The notes under the pieces are model-generated. The model did not search any database and was not told the origin of the DNA. It saw only the letters and a list, made by a program, of their open reading frames with translations. Both the position numbers and the translations under genes were made by a program. Positions 9,632 to 17,830 of a stretch of 64,000 nt of DNA are shown here, in pieces (within the stretch, counting starts at the first letter, position 1; the number at the start of each line of letters is the position of its first letter). The stretch comes from an uncultured Acidobacteriota bacterium (lineage in GTDB: Bacteria > Acidobacteriota > Vicinamibacteria > Vicinamibacterales > 2-12-FULL-66-21): the NCBI GenBank assembly GCA_963755695.1, contig CAVWLB010000008.1, positions 798,109-862,108 on the forward strand, in the 5' to 3' direction.

Positions 9632-11092
9632 TCACCGGCCCGCGAACGCCGCGAGCGCGGTCTCGGCGACCGGCACGCAGTCGAGCGTGTCGCGCCGTGG
9701 ATGGGCCTCCCAGAAGTCGCGGCGCAGAAAGACGGCCCGGTCCATACGATCGTACGGCGCGTTGCGGACGAAGAGGTACTCGCGTTGAAACCGCGGCGAC
9801 GACACCATCTCGAGAATCATCTTGCGGCGGCGCGCACCGATGATCTCGTCCGGGCCGGCGCCGCGGAGCAGCGCCAGGCCCGACAGGTACCCCTCGACGA
9901 TGTCGGGGCGCTGCTCGATGACCCAGCGCATGTCGGTCTTCGAGTCCTGGGGGCCGTCGGGATCGAACGTGCCGTGCCTCGCGATGTAGGGCGTGTTCAA
10001 TCCAAGCGCGTCGATGTGGACAGCATCCACGATAAACGGGAGCGCGCCTCCGTAGCTGCTGGAGATCGTCGTCGTGGGGCTCGCCACCGACGCGAGCCAC
10101 GCATAATAGGCCGCGTTGCCCGGTCGCGGACCGCCGCCTCCCTGCGCCAGCAACACGCCAAGGTCCGCCGCGAGCGCCAGCCCGACGGCGGCACTGACCT
10201 GTCTCCACCGACGGTCGCGTACGACGCGGGTCAGACCTGTCATCGCCACGAGCACCCAGGCCGGGGCCACGTGGACGAATTGGCGCCAGACGGGGAATGC
10301 GGTCGGCGGATCTCCCCCCGCGCTCGCCATGTAGACGATGTACGCGACGAAGAGCGCCAGGCACGTCAATCCACGCCGATCGCCGGCGCGCCTCACGGCG
10401 ACGGCCCCAATCGCCAGAAAGGCGACCACCACCGCGTGCGCGAGCATCCAGCCGCCGACGTACACCAGGCCGAGCCGCACGTGTCCGATGCCGCCGCCCG
10501 CGACCTTCGCGTAGTAGGTGTTGGGCGCGAGCGCGCCATATGCCACCCAACGGTGAACCGCGATCGCCATGAGCGTCAGCCCGCCGGCGATCGCCGTCGC
10601 GGCGACCCATCGCCAGCGCTCACGCCGCCAGGCGAGCGCCAGCACGTCGACACCCGCGACGAGCGCGCCCTCGGGCCGCATCGCGACGAGGAGCGGCGCG
10701 ACGATCGGCTGCCACTGCGCTGGACCGACCAGCGCAAGCGTGACGAGGCTGGTGAACGCCACGGCCTCCATGCCCGACGCCGCATAGAACGTGAATGGCA
10801 AGTACAGCGCGAGGAAGACGCCAGTCAGCACGGCAGGACGATCGTCGCGGCGCCGGAAGAGCACGGCAATCACGGTCAGCGCCGCCGCAGTCCCGAACAC
10901 CTTGGACGCGATCCGGACATCTACGCCGAGCCACGCGGCGCCGCCGAGCAGCAACGTCCACAGCAGCGATGAGTAGCCTTCGACGTGCTCGCCGGTACGA
11001 TTCCATGCGCCGAGTCCATACCCTTCCGCCAGATGGCGCGCATATCTAAACGTGATATAGGCATCATCGAGCGTCAGGCGCGACAAGAGCAC
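9632..11092 (-). CDS. GT-C-type integral-membrane glycosyltransferase (PMT/ArnT-like)
   Basis: 486 aa. N-terminal DDAYITFRYARHLAEGYG motif, 10 or more TM helices, and a soluble C-terminal domain. Confidence 0.55.
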   Translation of the reverse strand: MLLSRLTLDDAYITFRYARHLAEGYGLGAWNRTGEHVEGYSSLLWTLLLGGAAWLGVDVRIASKVFGTAAALTVIAVLFRRRDDRPAVLTGVFLALYLPFTFYAASGMEAVAFTSLVTLALVGPAQWQPIVAPLLVAMRPEGALVAGVDVLALAWRRERWRWVAATAIAGGLTLMAIAVHRWVAYGALAPNTYYAKVAGGGIGHVRLGLVYVGGWMLAHAVVVAFLAIGAVAVRRAGDRRGLTCLALFVAYIVYMASAGGDPPTAFPVWRQFVHVAPAWVLVAMTGLTRVVRDRRWRQVSAAVGLALAADLGVLLAQGGGGPRPGNAAYYAWLASVASPTTTISSSYGGALPFIVDAVHIDALGLNTPYIARHGTFDPDGPQDSKTDMRWVIEQRPDIVEGYLSGLALLRGAGPDEIIGARRRKMILEMVSSPRFQREYLFVRNAPYDRMDRAVFLRRDFWEAHPRRDTLDCVPVAETALAAFAGR

Positions 11093-11219
11093 CGTCAGCG
11101 TTGCGACGACCGCTCATCGCCGCTGCCGCAAGCAGGATCACTTCGCGTTTCGAAAAGACGGCGGCCGGGACCGGGCGCAGGTCGTCAGATGGCATGGCAG
11201 ATCCCTGCGGGAATGCACG

Positions 11220-11639
11220 TCATCGCGCTACCGGCGGTCCATACACCGCGCCGACGATCGCGCCACAGATTGTCGCCCCGACGACGTACTCGAACACTTC
11301 CGCGACGCCAAGGACGGAAGAGATCGGCTGGGTCACATAGTTCCGGACCACGACAAAGCTCACCAGCACCAAGCCAATCAACGCGCCGAAACGGAGCCCT
11401 TCGATGATTCCGCGTCCGTTCGCGTTCAGGCGAGCGTACATCGAGGCAGCAATGAAGAATCCGACCAGTTGTACGGCATAACCGATTGGCAGTCTTCGGA
11501 CGATCTCCGGGTCAGGCCTGAAGGCCGCCGCATTCGCCGCAGAAATGCTTCCAAGCATTCCGTGATGGATGAACGCACCGAAAGGGATCGAGACGAACCA
11601 TGCCGTCCCGGCGGCTGCGGCGATTCGTCGATGATTCAT
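11220..11639 (-). CDS. Small polytopic membrane protein
   Basis: 139 aa with 4 hydrophobic segments. ATGA overlap with the upstream permease fragment. Confidence 0.35.
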   Translation of the reverse strand: MNHRRIAAAAGTAWFVSIPFGAFIHHGMLGSISAANAAAFRPDPEIVRRLPIGYAVQLVGFFIAASMYARLNANGRGIIEGLRFGALIGLVLVSFVVVRNYVTQPISSVLGVAEVFEYVVGATICGAIVGAVYGPPVAR

Positions 11640-12043
11640 GATGGCTCCCCTGGCGCGTGGTCTGGTTTCCAGCGCAGCAGCCGGCGTTCCAGTCGGCCGA
11701 CGACACCACCGACGAGCAATACTCCGGCAGCGAGAACCGCCATCCCGGCGAACACTCCGGTCGTATCGAACACGCCTTCGGCCTGGGCGATCAGATACCC
11801 GATTCCTCTCGAAGCGCCAAGATATTCCCCAACTACCACTGGGACGATCGCCATGCCAATGCTGATGTGCAGACTGGAGAAAATCCAGGTCAACGCACTC
11901 GGGACGAGCACATGGCGCACCAATTGAGCCTCTGACGCGCCGAGCATCCGCGCGTTGTTGATGATTGCCGCGTCCACTTCACGAACGCCGCGATACGTAT
12001 TGAAGAAGACGACGAAGAAGACCACCGTGACGCCAAGCGCCAC
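11636..12043 (-). pseudogene. ABC-transporter permease (NitT/TauT/SsuC type) C-terminal fragment
   Basis: EAA-loop region NARMLGASEAQLVRHVLVPSA. The N-terminal half is absent and no ATPase or binding-protein partner gene is present. Confidence 0.55.
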
Positions 12044-12060
12044 CTTGGACCAGATCCCGA

Positions 12061-12255
12061 GGCCTCATCGGCACGGTTGTGAGCTGGTGGTCATCACAAT
12101 TTATTGCGAGTCTGCTCTACGACATCGAACCGCGCGACCCGGTCACACTGGTGAGTGCGGCGGTCACGCTGACGGCGGTCGGTGCGATCGCGGGTTGGCT
12201 CCCTGCCTACCGTGCGTCACGGATCGATCCGTCACAAGTACTGCGAGACATCTGA
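12061..12255 (+). pseudogene. FtsX/MacB-type permease C-terminal fragment
   Basis: LLYDIEPRDPVTLVSAAVTLTAVGAIAGWLPAYRASRIDPSQVLRDI* is the canonical FtsX C-terminus. It abuts the opposite-strand permease fragment. Confidence 0.5.
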
Positions 12256-12428
12256 GCAGGGCGACGCGCCTCGAGGATCGATCGGCTGAGGCACTCCGAG
12301 CCGCGGCAGCCGCTGCCAATCGACTCTCACAGTGAGGCACCAGCCTATTCGTCCGCTTAAGTCGCCTTGTGGCGACCGATGTAGCCATCGCCGTTCAGTA
12401 AACATATCGGCGTTAGGAGGACCTATTG

Positions 12429-12506
12429 GTGACCCAGATTCTCAGCAGTTGGAACCAGATGGTGAGCTGGCTAAGCCAACTCCATAGACTCCGACGAGCC
12501 GCATAA
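12429..12506 (+). other. sORF-A: 25-codon small ORF inside the left copy of a ~115-nt repeat
   Basis: AGGAGG 8 nt upstream of a GTG start. The ORF encodes VTQILSSWNQMVSWLSQLHRLRRAA* and has a paralogue, sORF-B. Confidence 0.35.
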
Positions 12507-12543
12507 TCAAGCGGCGCAGGAGCTTACGAATCACTTCCAGCTG
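12429..12543 (+). repeat. Direct repeat copy A (~85% identical to copy B)
   Basis: Aligns to 14008-14120. Contains an internal GAGCTGGCT/AGCCAACTC stem. A conserved ~37-nt tail ends in CACTTCCAGCTG. Confidence 0.7.
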
Positions 12544-12553
12544 GCTCGAGTAT

Positions 12554-13861
12554 CTAGGTTGCGCCGCGGGCTTTCAGGAAACCCGCGATGTCCGTAAGCG
12601 CGTGCTTCGTCGCCCACATTACGGGCGTCTCGCCGTGCGTGTCCTTCGGTGACGGATCGGCGCCGAACTCCAACAGAATCGCCGCACACTCCGTCCGATG
12701 GTCCATCGTCCGCCCGCGACTGTCCTTGTGGCACAGCTCGTGGAGCAGCGTCACTCCATCAACCGTTGGGTAATTCGGATCGAGGCCGCCGCGCGTCAGC
12801 AACTCGCGCAGCATATCGGGCCGCTCGAGCAGATAGGAGTGGCACCCGCCCGCCTGCGGATGGACTTTGAAACCGGCGTCGAGTAATCGGCGCATCAGCT
12901 TGCGCCGGCCGCAGGTCACGACGGCCGTGAACACACCCCCGCACCCGGCGAGTGCCGTCTCGGGTCGTTCGGTCACGATCCGCATGACCTCGTCGTCCTC
13001 GCCCTTCCACACCAGGTCGTACGGATCGAGGAAACCGCCATGCGCCTCGAGCAGTCTTCGGATCTCCGGTGTCTTCGCGGCATAGACGGCGTTGCCGCTG
13101 GCGTTGACGAAACCGTTGGGATCGGCGTGATGTTTCAGCAGCAGTTCGACCATCTCCCGGTCGCCACGCCCCGCCGCGGCGTGCAAGGCGGCGCCGCGCT
13201 CGGACGAATCGGCGTCGGGCCACGTCGGGTCCGCGCCGCGTTCCAGCAGCAGGCGGACGATGTCGAGACGGCCGAATTCGGCGGCGGCAGAGAGCGGGCG
13301 ACGATCGTCGGGGCGCTGCTCGGAGATGCGTGAGGGGGCGGCGTCGAGCATCGACCGCACCGCCGCCAGATCGTTCAACGCGGAAGCGACCGTCAGATCG
13401 TACGTCGCACCGCGGCCGATGAGCAGTCGAGCCAGAGGCACGTTGCCGTTGCCGGGCCACACGCGGCGGCCCGGCCGCCAGCGCCTCCACAGCAGCCACG
13501 TCAGGCCGTTGGCGTAGCAGCGCCATCTTGACAGAGGCGCCTGCCGCGGGCCGCCCCAGATCGCCAGGTCAATGGGCTGTTTATCCTGCGGCGCGTAACC
13601 CTCGAACGACCCGACCCCGGCGCCGTGAATCGCGTGAATGTCGGCGCCACGATCGAGCAGCAGCGTCACCACGTCTGCCGATCCGCCGATGACCGCGCGG
13701 TGCAGAGGATGACCGCCAGCGCGGTTGATGTCGTCGACGAGCGATGGCTGCTGATCGAGGAAGGCGCGTACGCGCGCCAGCTCGCCGGCTTCGGCGGCGT
13801 CATGGATCGGATGATCCTCGGGCACGGTCGACGGCACGAGCCGTCGCGACGGATCAATCAT
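12554..13861 (-). CDS. Ankyrin-repeat protein
   Basis: 435 aa with multiple ANK repeats (G-HPLHRAV..G..DVV.LLLDRGAD consensus recurs). Confidence 0.85.
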   Translation of the reverse strand: MIDPSRRLVPSTVPEDHPIHDAAEAGELARVRAFLDQQPSLVDDINRAGGHPLHRAVIGGSADVVTLLLDRGADIHAIHGAGVGSFEGYAPQDKQPIDLAIWGGPRQAPLSRWRCYANGLTWLLWRRWRPGRRVWPGNGNVPLARLLIGRGATYDLTVASALNDLAAVRSMLDAAPSRISEQRPDDRRPLSAAAEFGRLDIVRLLLERGADPTWPDADSSERGAALHAAAGRGDREMVELLLKHHADPNGFVNASGNAVYAAKTPEIRRLLEAHGGFLDPYDLVWKGEDDEVMRIVTERPETALAGCGGVFTAVVTCGRRKLMRRLLDAGFKVHPQAGGCHSYLLERPDMLRELLTRGGLDPNYPTVDGVTLLHELCHKDSRGRTMDHRTECAAILLEFGADPSPKDTHGETPVMWATKHALTDIAGFLKARGAT

Positions 13862-14007
13862 GTGCGCGGAATCATATTAGCTGCCGCCAGCGTGAGGGGC
13901 ACCGAGCCCGCGTCAAAGCGATCGGTCGCAACGATCCGAAAACCTCGGGCAACCGGACGCGGTTTCAGCGGATCTGCCGAACGAGCGAAGTGGTTGTCAG
14001 GAAAGAA

Positions 14008-14085
14008 GTGACTCGGATTTTCACCAGTTGGAACCAGATCGCGAGTTGGCTAAGCCAGCTCCAGGGGCTCCAAGGAGTCGCATAG
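14008..14085 (+). other. sORF-B: paralogous 25-codon small ORF in repeat copy B
   Basis: GTG start. Encodes VTRIFTSWNQIASWLSQLQGLQGVA*. Frame and stop position are conserved with sORF-A. Confidence 0.3.
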
Positions 14086-14120
14086 TAAGCGGGCAGGAGT
14101 TTACGAGTCACTTCCAGCTG
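14008..14120 (+). repeat. Direct repeat copy B
   Basis: See copy A. Confidence 0.7.
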
Positions 14121-14272
14121 CGTGGGGCTAGCTCCTTGGTGCGGGCGAGCGGCTTGCTGAACGCTGCGGCGTTTAGCGCGAGTTAATGCGTGTTAGGCTC
14201 CCTCCGTTAGGTGCGGCGATGTCAAAGGTGCGAAGACACACTCCGCGATCACACCATGGCGGCGAGGACAAC

Positions 14273-14881
14273 ATGACGACGAGTCGAATTAGTGCCGTGG
14301 CAATCGCGCTGAGTATTGCGTTCGGATTTGTTGGCGGCGCCGGCTCGACGCAGCGTTCAGCGAAAGACCAGAACCTGTCCGGCACGATCGCTTCTTCCAA
14401 ACGGATGGCGGACGGTAAAGAGTGGACGACTGCCAATCTGAACGTCAACACGTCGTCATCCTATTGTTACGACGATGCGGAACCGAACTGCCGTCGATAT
14501 GGCCGTTTGTATACGTGGGAATCGGCGCAGCGAGGATGTCAGTCGCTAGGAGATGGATGGCGGTTGCCGACCGACGACGAATGGCGTCAGATGGCGAAGC
14601 ACTATGGTGGACTTGGGAACGATTCGCCTGACAAGGGTAAAGCGGCGTACACGGCACTCCTGAGCGGAGGGACGTCAGGCTTCAATGCCGTGCTGGGTGG
14701 CAATCGCTCCATTGATGGACAGTACGACCGGCTGGAGGCACACGGAATTTACTGGACGGTATCCGAAAACGATCCGATCACCGCACCGTTCTATAACTTC
14801 GGCAAAGGCAGTCAAGCGCTCTATCGTCAGCCCCAGGGCCAGAAGCAGATGGCAGTTTCCGTGCGTTGCGTCAGGGAGTGA
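14273..14881 (+). CDS. FISUMP (Fibrobacter succinogenes major paralogous) domain protein, secreted
   Basis: GRLYTWESAQ...CQSLGDGWRLPTDDEWRQM is the TIGR02145 signature. GAGGA sits 7 nt before the ATG at 14273. An N-terminal hydrophobic signal is present. Confidence 0.75.
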   Translation: MTTSRISAVAIALSIAFGFVGGAGSTQRSAKDQNLSGTIASSKRMADGKEWTTANLNVNTSSSYCYDDAEPNCRRYGRLYTWESAQRGCQSLGDGWRLPTDDEWRQMAKHYGGLGNDSPDKGKAAYTALLSGGTSGFNAVLGGNRSIDGQYDRLEAHGIYWTVSENDPITAPFYNFGKGSQALYRQPQGQKQMAVSVRCVRE

Positions 14882-15372
14882 CCGCTCAAAATTCGGGCCC
14901 GCGAGATCCAATCGTAGTGGAACGCATTCGACGGTGAGGCCGCAATTACTCCTGCCTAGTCGCCCAGTGGTTTTCCAAAATGCCGGAATGTCGCTCGGAA
15001 GCGACTAAGACGTTCACCGTTACCGTCATCGCGCCGAAGCTTAACCACATCGCTCCAGTCGAGAACAGCGGTTCCGCATTCGCTGTCCGCCGGCCCTGTC
15101 GATGCGTGAGTTCGTGCGCCATCACGAGCTCGGCCAAGACCGCGGGCCCGCCCATCGAGATCGGTGCCAATAGTGGCGCCCAGAAAGTCCAAGGGAACTA
15201 CTGCACAATTTGCTGCACGATCCCGGAGCCGGGCGCCTGACTCGCGAGATCGCTAGCAATTTCTTCGACTCAACGTGATGACGTGAGCGCGAATCGCAAT
15301 GGGAAATTTGAGAATTCTGGCCGAATTCGCTCAGGTCTCGGACCGAAAAACCGTCGCCCCTCGATCGAGAAG

Positions 15373-15401
15373 TTTACGCAAGTGCCGATTTTACGTATAC
15401 T
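15373..15401 (+). promoter_or_regulatory. Sigma70-like promoter for tRNA-Ser
   Basis: TTTACG, 17-nt spacer, TATACT. The tRNA begins 10 nt downstream. Confidence 0.5.
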
Positions 15402-15411
15402 TGGCGTCTGC

Positions 15412-15506
15412 GGTGAGGTGGCCGAGAGGCTGAAGGCGGCGGTTTGCTAAACCGTTGTAGGGTCTTTAAAACCCTACCCAGGGTTCGAATCCCTGCCTCA
15501 CCGCCA
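15412..15506 (+). tRNA. tRNA-Ser (anticodon GCT)
   Basis: Folded by hand. Acceptor GGTGAGG/CCTCACC, 3-bp D-stem, anticodon loop UUGCUAA, long variable arm, T-loop TTCGAAT, discriminator G, encoded CCA. Confidence 0.9.
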
Positions 15507-15776
15507 TAACAAGTCCAATAATAACAATAACTTACTATTCTAAAAGCTCGGACAAATCCCTGCGTCATCGCCCGTTAAGTCGCTTCGACGGACATCCCAC
15601 CTCGCATTGACACGCAGGCTCGCAATCAGCCTCTTTCGCTCGACGATCGACATTGCCACCCACCGGTCCTGGGCGGCCCGCACATGATCCTTTGACTCAT
15701 CAATATTAGATGATACTGTCGCCCGCTGTTGAGCTGTCTCACAGGAGGACTGTGGAGCTGCCTCGCGGAGGACAAA

Positions 15777-16529
15777 ATGAACAGAGCAATATTCGGATTC
15801 TTGGTCGGAATCGCCCTGACATCCGCGCCAGCGGCGCAGGCGCAGGACAAACCGACCTCATACCTGATGGGCACCTACTACCGTTGCCCGCAGGGCGACG
15901 TTGCACGGGTCGATGCGATCTTCAAGGAGCAGGTCACGCCGCTCCTGAAGGCCGCGCAGACCGCGGGCAATATCGCAACCTTCGGGTGGGCCAAGCATGC
16001 AGAGGGTGGTGAATGGCGGCGTTTGCTGTACATCGCCGGCACGGATCTCGAGAAGCTGGCCGCCGCGCGCGACGCGCTCACCAAGTCGCTGATGGCGCCC
16101 GAGCACGTGAAGGCGTTCGAGGAGTTCGGCCGCACGTGCTCGTCGCACGACGACTACATCTGGCGGTCGAAGGCGAGTTCCCAGCCGCTCGACGCGGTGG
16201 CCCGCGTGCGTGCACCCTTCGCCATGTCCACCTACTTCGTGTGCAACGCCCACGAGGGTGAAGCCGACGAAATTGTCGTCGCCGCCTTCGCTCCGCTGCT
16301 CAACCAGCGAGTGAAGGACGGAACGATCGCCTCATGGAACTGGATCGAGCACATGTTCGGTGGACAGTACCGCCGCGCCCTGGTCCTCGACGGCAAGGAT
16401 GAGACGACGCTGCTTAAGAACTGGGCGACGTTGCAGGACGATTTCGAAAAGGCTGCACCCAACCTGGGACGCCGTTTCACGGAGGTCTGCAGCAGCCACT
16501 CCGACTATATCTGGGACCTGAGCAACTGA
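15777..16529 (+). CDS. Secreted protein made of two tandem homologous ~100-aa domains (novel Cys-containing domain)
   Basis: Signal peptide MNRAIFGFLVGIALTSAPAAQA. Domain 1 ends ...RTCSSHDDYIW and domain 2 ends ...EVCSSHSDYIW, with alignable cores. GGAGGAC RBS upstream. Confidence 0.65.
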   Translation: MNRAIFGFLVGIALTSAPAAQAQDKPTSYLMGTYYRCPQGDVARVDAIFKEQVTPLLKAAQTAGNIATFGWAKHAEGGEWRRLLYIAGTDLEKLAAARDALTKSLMAPEHVKAFEEFGRTCSSHDDYIWRSKASSQPLDAVARVRAPFAMSTYFVCNAHEGEADEIVVAAFAPLLNQRVKDGTIASWNWIEHMFGGQYRRALVLDGKDETTLLKNWATLQDDFEKAAPNLGRRFTEVCSSHSDYIWDLSN

Positions 16530-16593
16530 GCCCGGCCGGCTGAGCGCGAAATGCGTGCAGTGGTGCCCAGGTTCCGGGGAACGGCCGATAACA

Positions 16594-16902
16594 TCATTCC
16601 CCGGGACCTGTCACTACAAAGAACCCGTCGCCGCGGACCACGCGGTTAAGCGGCTGCGGTACTCGCTGGCCCCGGTGAGATCCGGCGGATGTTGCTTCGT
16701 TTGGAAGATCCGTTTTTCTTCGTCCTTCTCCGCCATCCCCGCGGAAATCATCTCGGTTGGAGCACGCGACCGAGGCGACGCCCGAATAGCGCGACCAGTA
16801 TCCGTAGAGAAAGGTGGCGAGGCCAAGGAGCATGAAGATCGCGGCCACCCCGAAGCCATACTGCCAGCCATAGACTGTGCGAGAAGGCGGCATCCCGTCC
16901 AA
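16594..16902 (-). pseudogene. Possible POT/PTR2 peptide-transporter internal fragment
   Basis: YGWQYGFGVAAIFMLLGLATFLYG resembles the POT-family TM region. Only ~35 aa of similarity. Confidence 0.2.
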
Positions 16903-16962
16903 CCAACTGGTGAGGTCAGCGTCACTGGCCGCAGCCGCGAAGGCGGGCCTCCATCGATGGTG

Positions 16963-17613
16963 TTACCGCGCCGCAGCCGGACGAACGGAGATCACCTTGT
17001 TGCGCATGTCCAACGACGAGAGGTCGGTGACGTTCTCGGAAACGACCACGCATTTGCCGGCGAAGTCAGCCTGCTCACAGAGTTCCCACGAACCGCCATG
17101 GACCTGGACGCTTTCGGCTCTGGCCCGGAAGCCGCGGAGGATCGAAGTTTCGCGATTGACTCGAAACGATTGGCCTTTGAAGTTCCGTTCGTCGTAGAGC
17201 ACCAGATACGCCCCGCCCGCGCCACCGCCGGTGACCTGCTTCCATGGCCGCACCGAAGAGATGGTCTGCAACATGCTGAGCCCGCGCAGGTCTCCCCAGT
17301 CCCGGTTCACGACCTTGCAGTCGACGAAGTTGATCTCCCCACAGACCTGCCACGTTTGCCCGGGCGCCAGCTTCAGGCTGCGCGCGGTATCGTTGAAATC
17401 CACGTTCCGCAGATCGGGCTCCTCCCTCGAGAACTCGCGCCGCTCGCCCGTAAACTTCTCTTTCGAGAATAGGGTGAGACCGGCGGTTGTTTGAGGAGGA
17501 GGCGCCTGGCCGCTCGAACTGCTTTGGCGGCCACCAGCGGCACCAGTACCGCCGCTGACGGTCAGGAAGATCGCAACGCCGGCGATCAACATCATCGAAC
17601 CCCGGGCTCTCAT
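16963..17613 (-). CDS. Secreted beta/gamma-crystallin (Greek-key) two-domain protein
   Basis: Signal peptide. Two repeats of the ...LYDERNFKGQSFRV... / ...LFSKEKFTGERREF... type with a conserved Gly/Ser pattern. Confidence 0.7.
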   Translation of the reverse strand: MRARGSMMLIAGVAIFLTVSGGTGAAGGRQSSSSGQAPPPQTTAGLTLFSKEKFTGERREFSREEPDLRNVDFNDTARSLKLAPGQTWQVCGEINFVDCKVVNRDWGDLRGLSMLQTISSVRPWKQVTGGGAGGAYLVLYDERNFKGQSFRVNRETSILRGFRARAESVQVHGGSWELCEQADFAGKCVVVSENVTDLSSLDMRNKVISVRPAAAR

Positions 17614-17830
17614 TGGCTCGCCTCCTGTTTACGAATCACGCGCTGGCACGAGCCCGAGATTGTAGTCGGCCCTGCTGTATCTTGGCCATCCCATCCCGCA
17701 CGAATGCCGAAAGCTCCGGCGAGGGGGGCTGGTGGAGGCATGTAGCGCGCACCTTAGAGGCACCCGGGGGCTCGACCGCGAGTATGATGACGGCCGCCGT
17801 CGATTGGTCATGCGGTAAAGGAGCCACGCC

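Noticed and set aside
9701-10972. 423-aa plus-strand ORF
   Set aside because: Antisense to the membrane glycosyltransferase, with extreme Arg content and no hydrophobic or domain signal.
12563-12587. CGCGGG...CCCGCG palindrome that looks like a terminator near the ankyrin gene
   Set aside because: It lies within the ankyrin coding sequence (encodes ..FLKARGAT*), so it is not an intergenic terminator.
16555-17472. 305-aa plus-strand ORF
   Set aside because: Antisense to the beta/gamma-crystallin gene, with no features.
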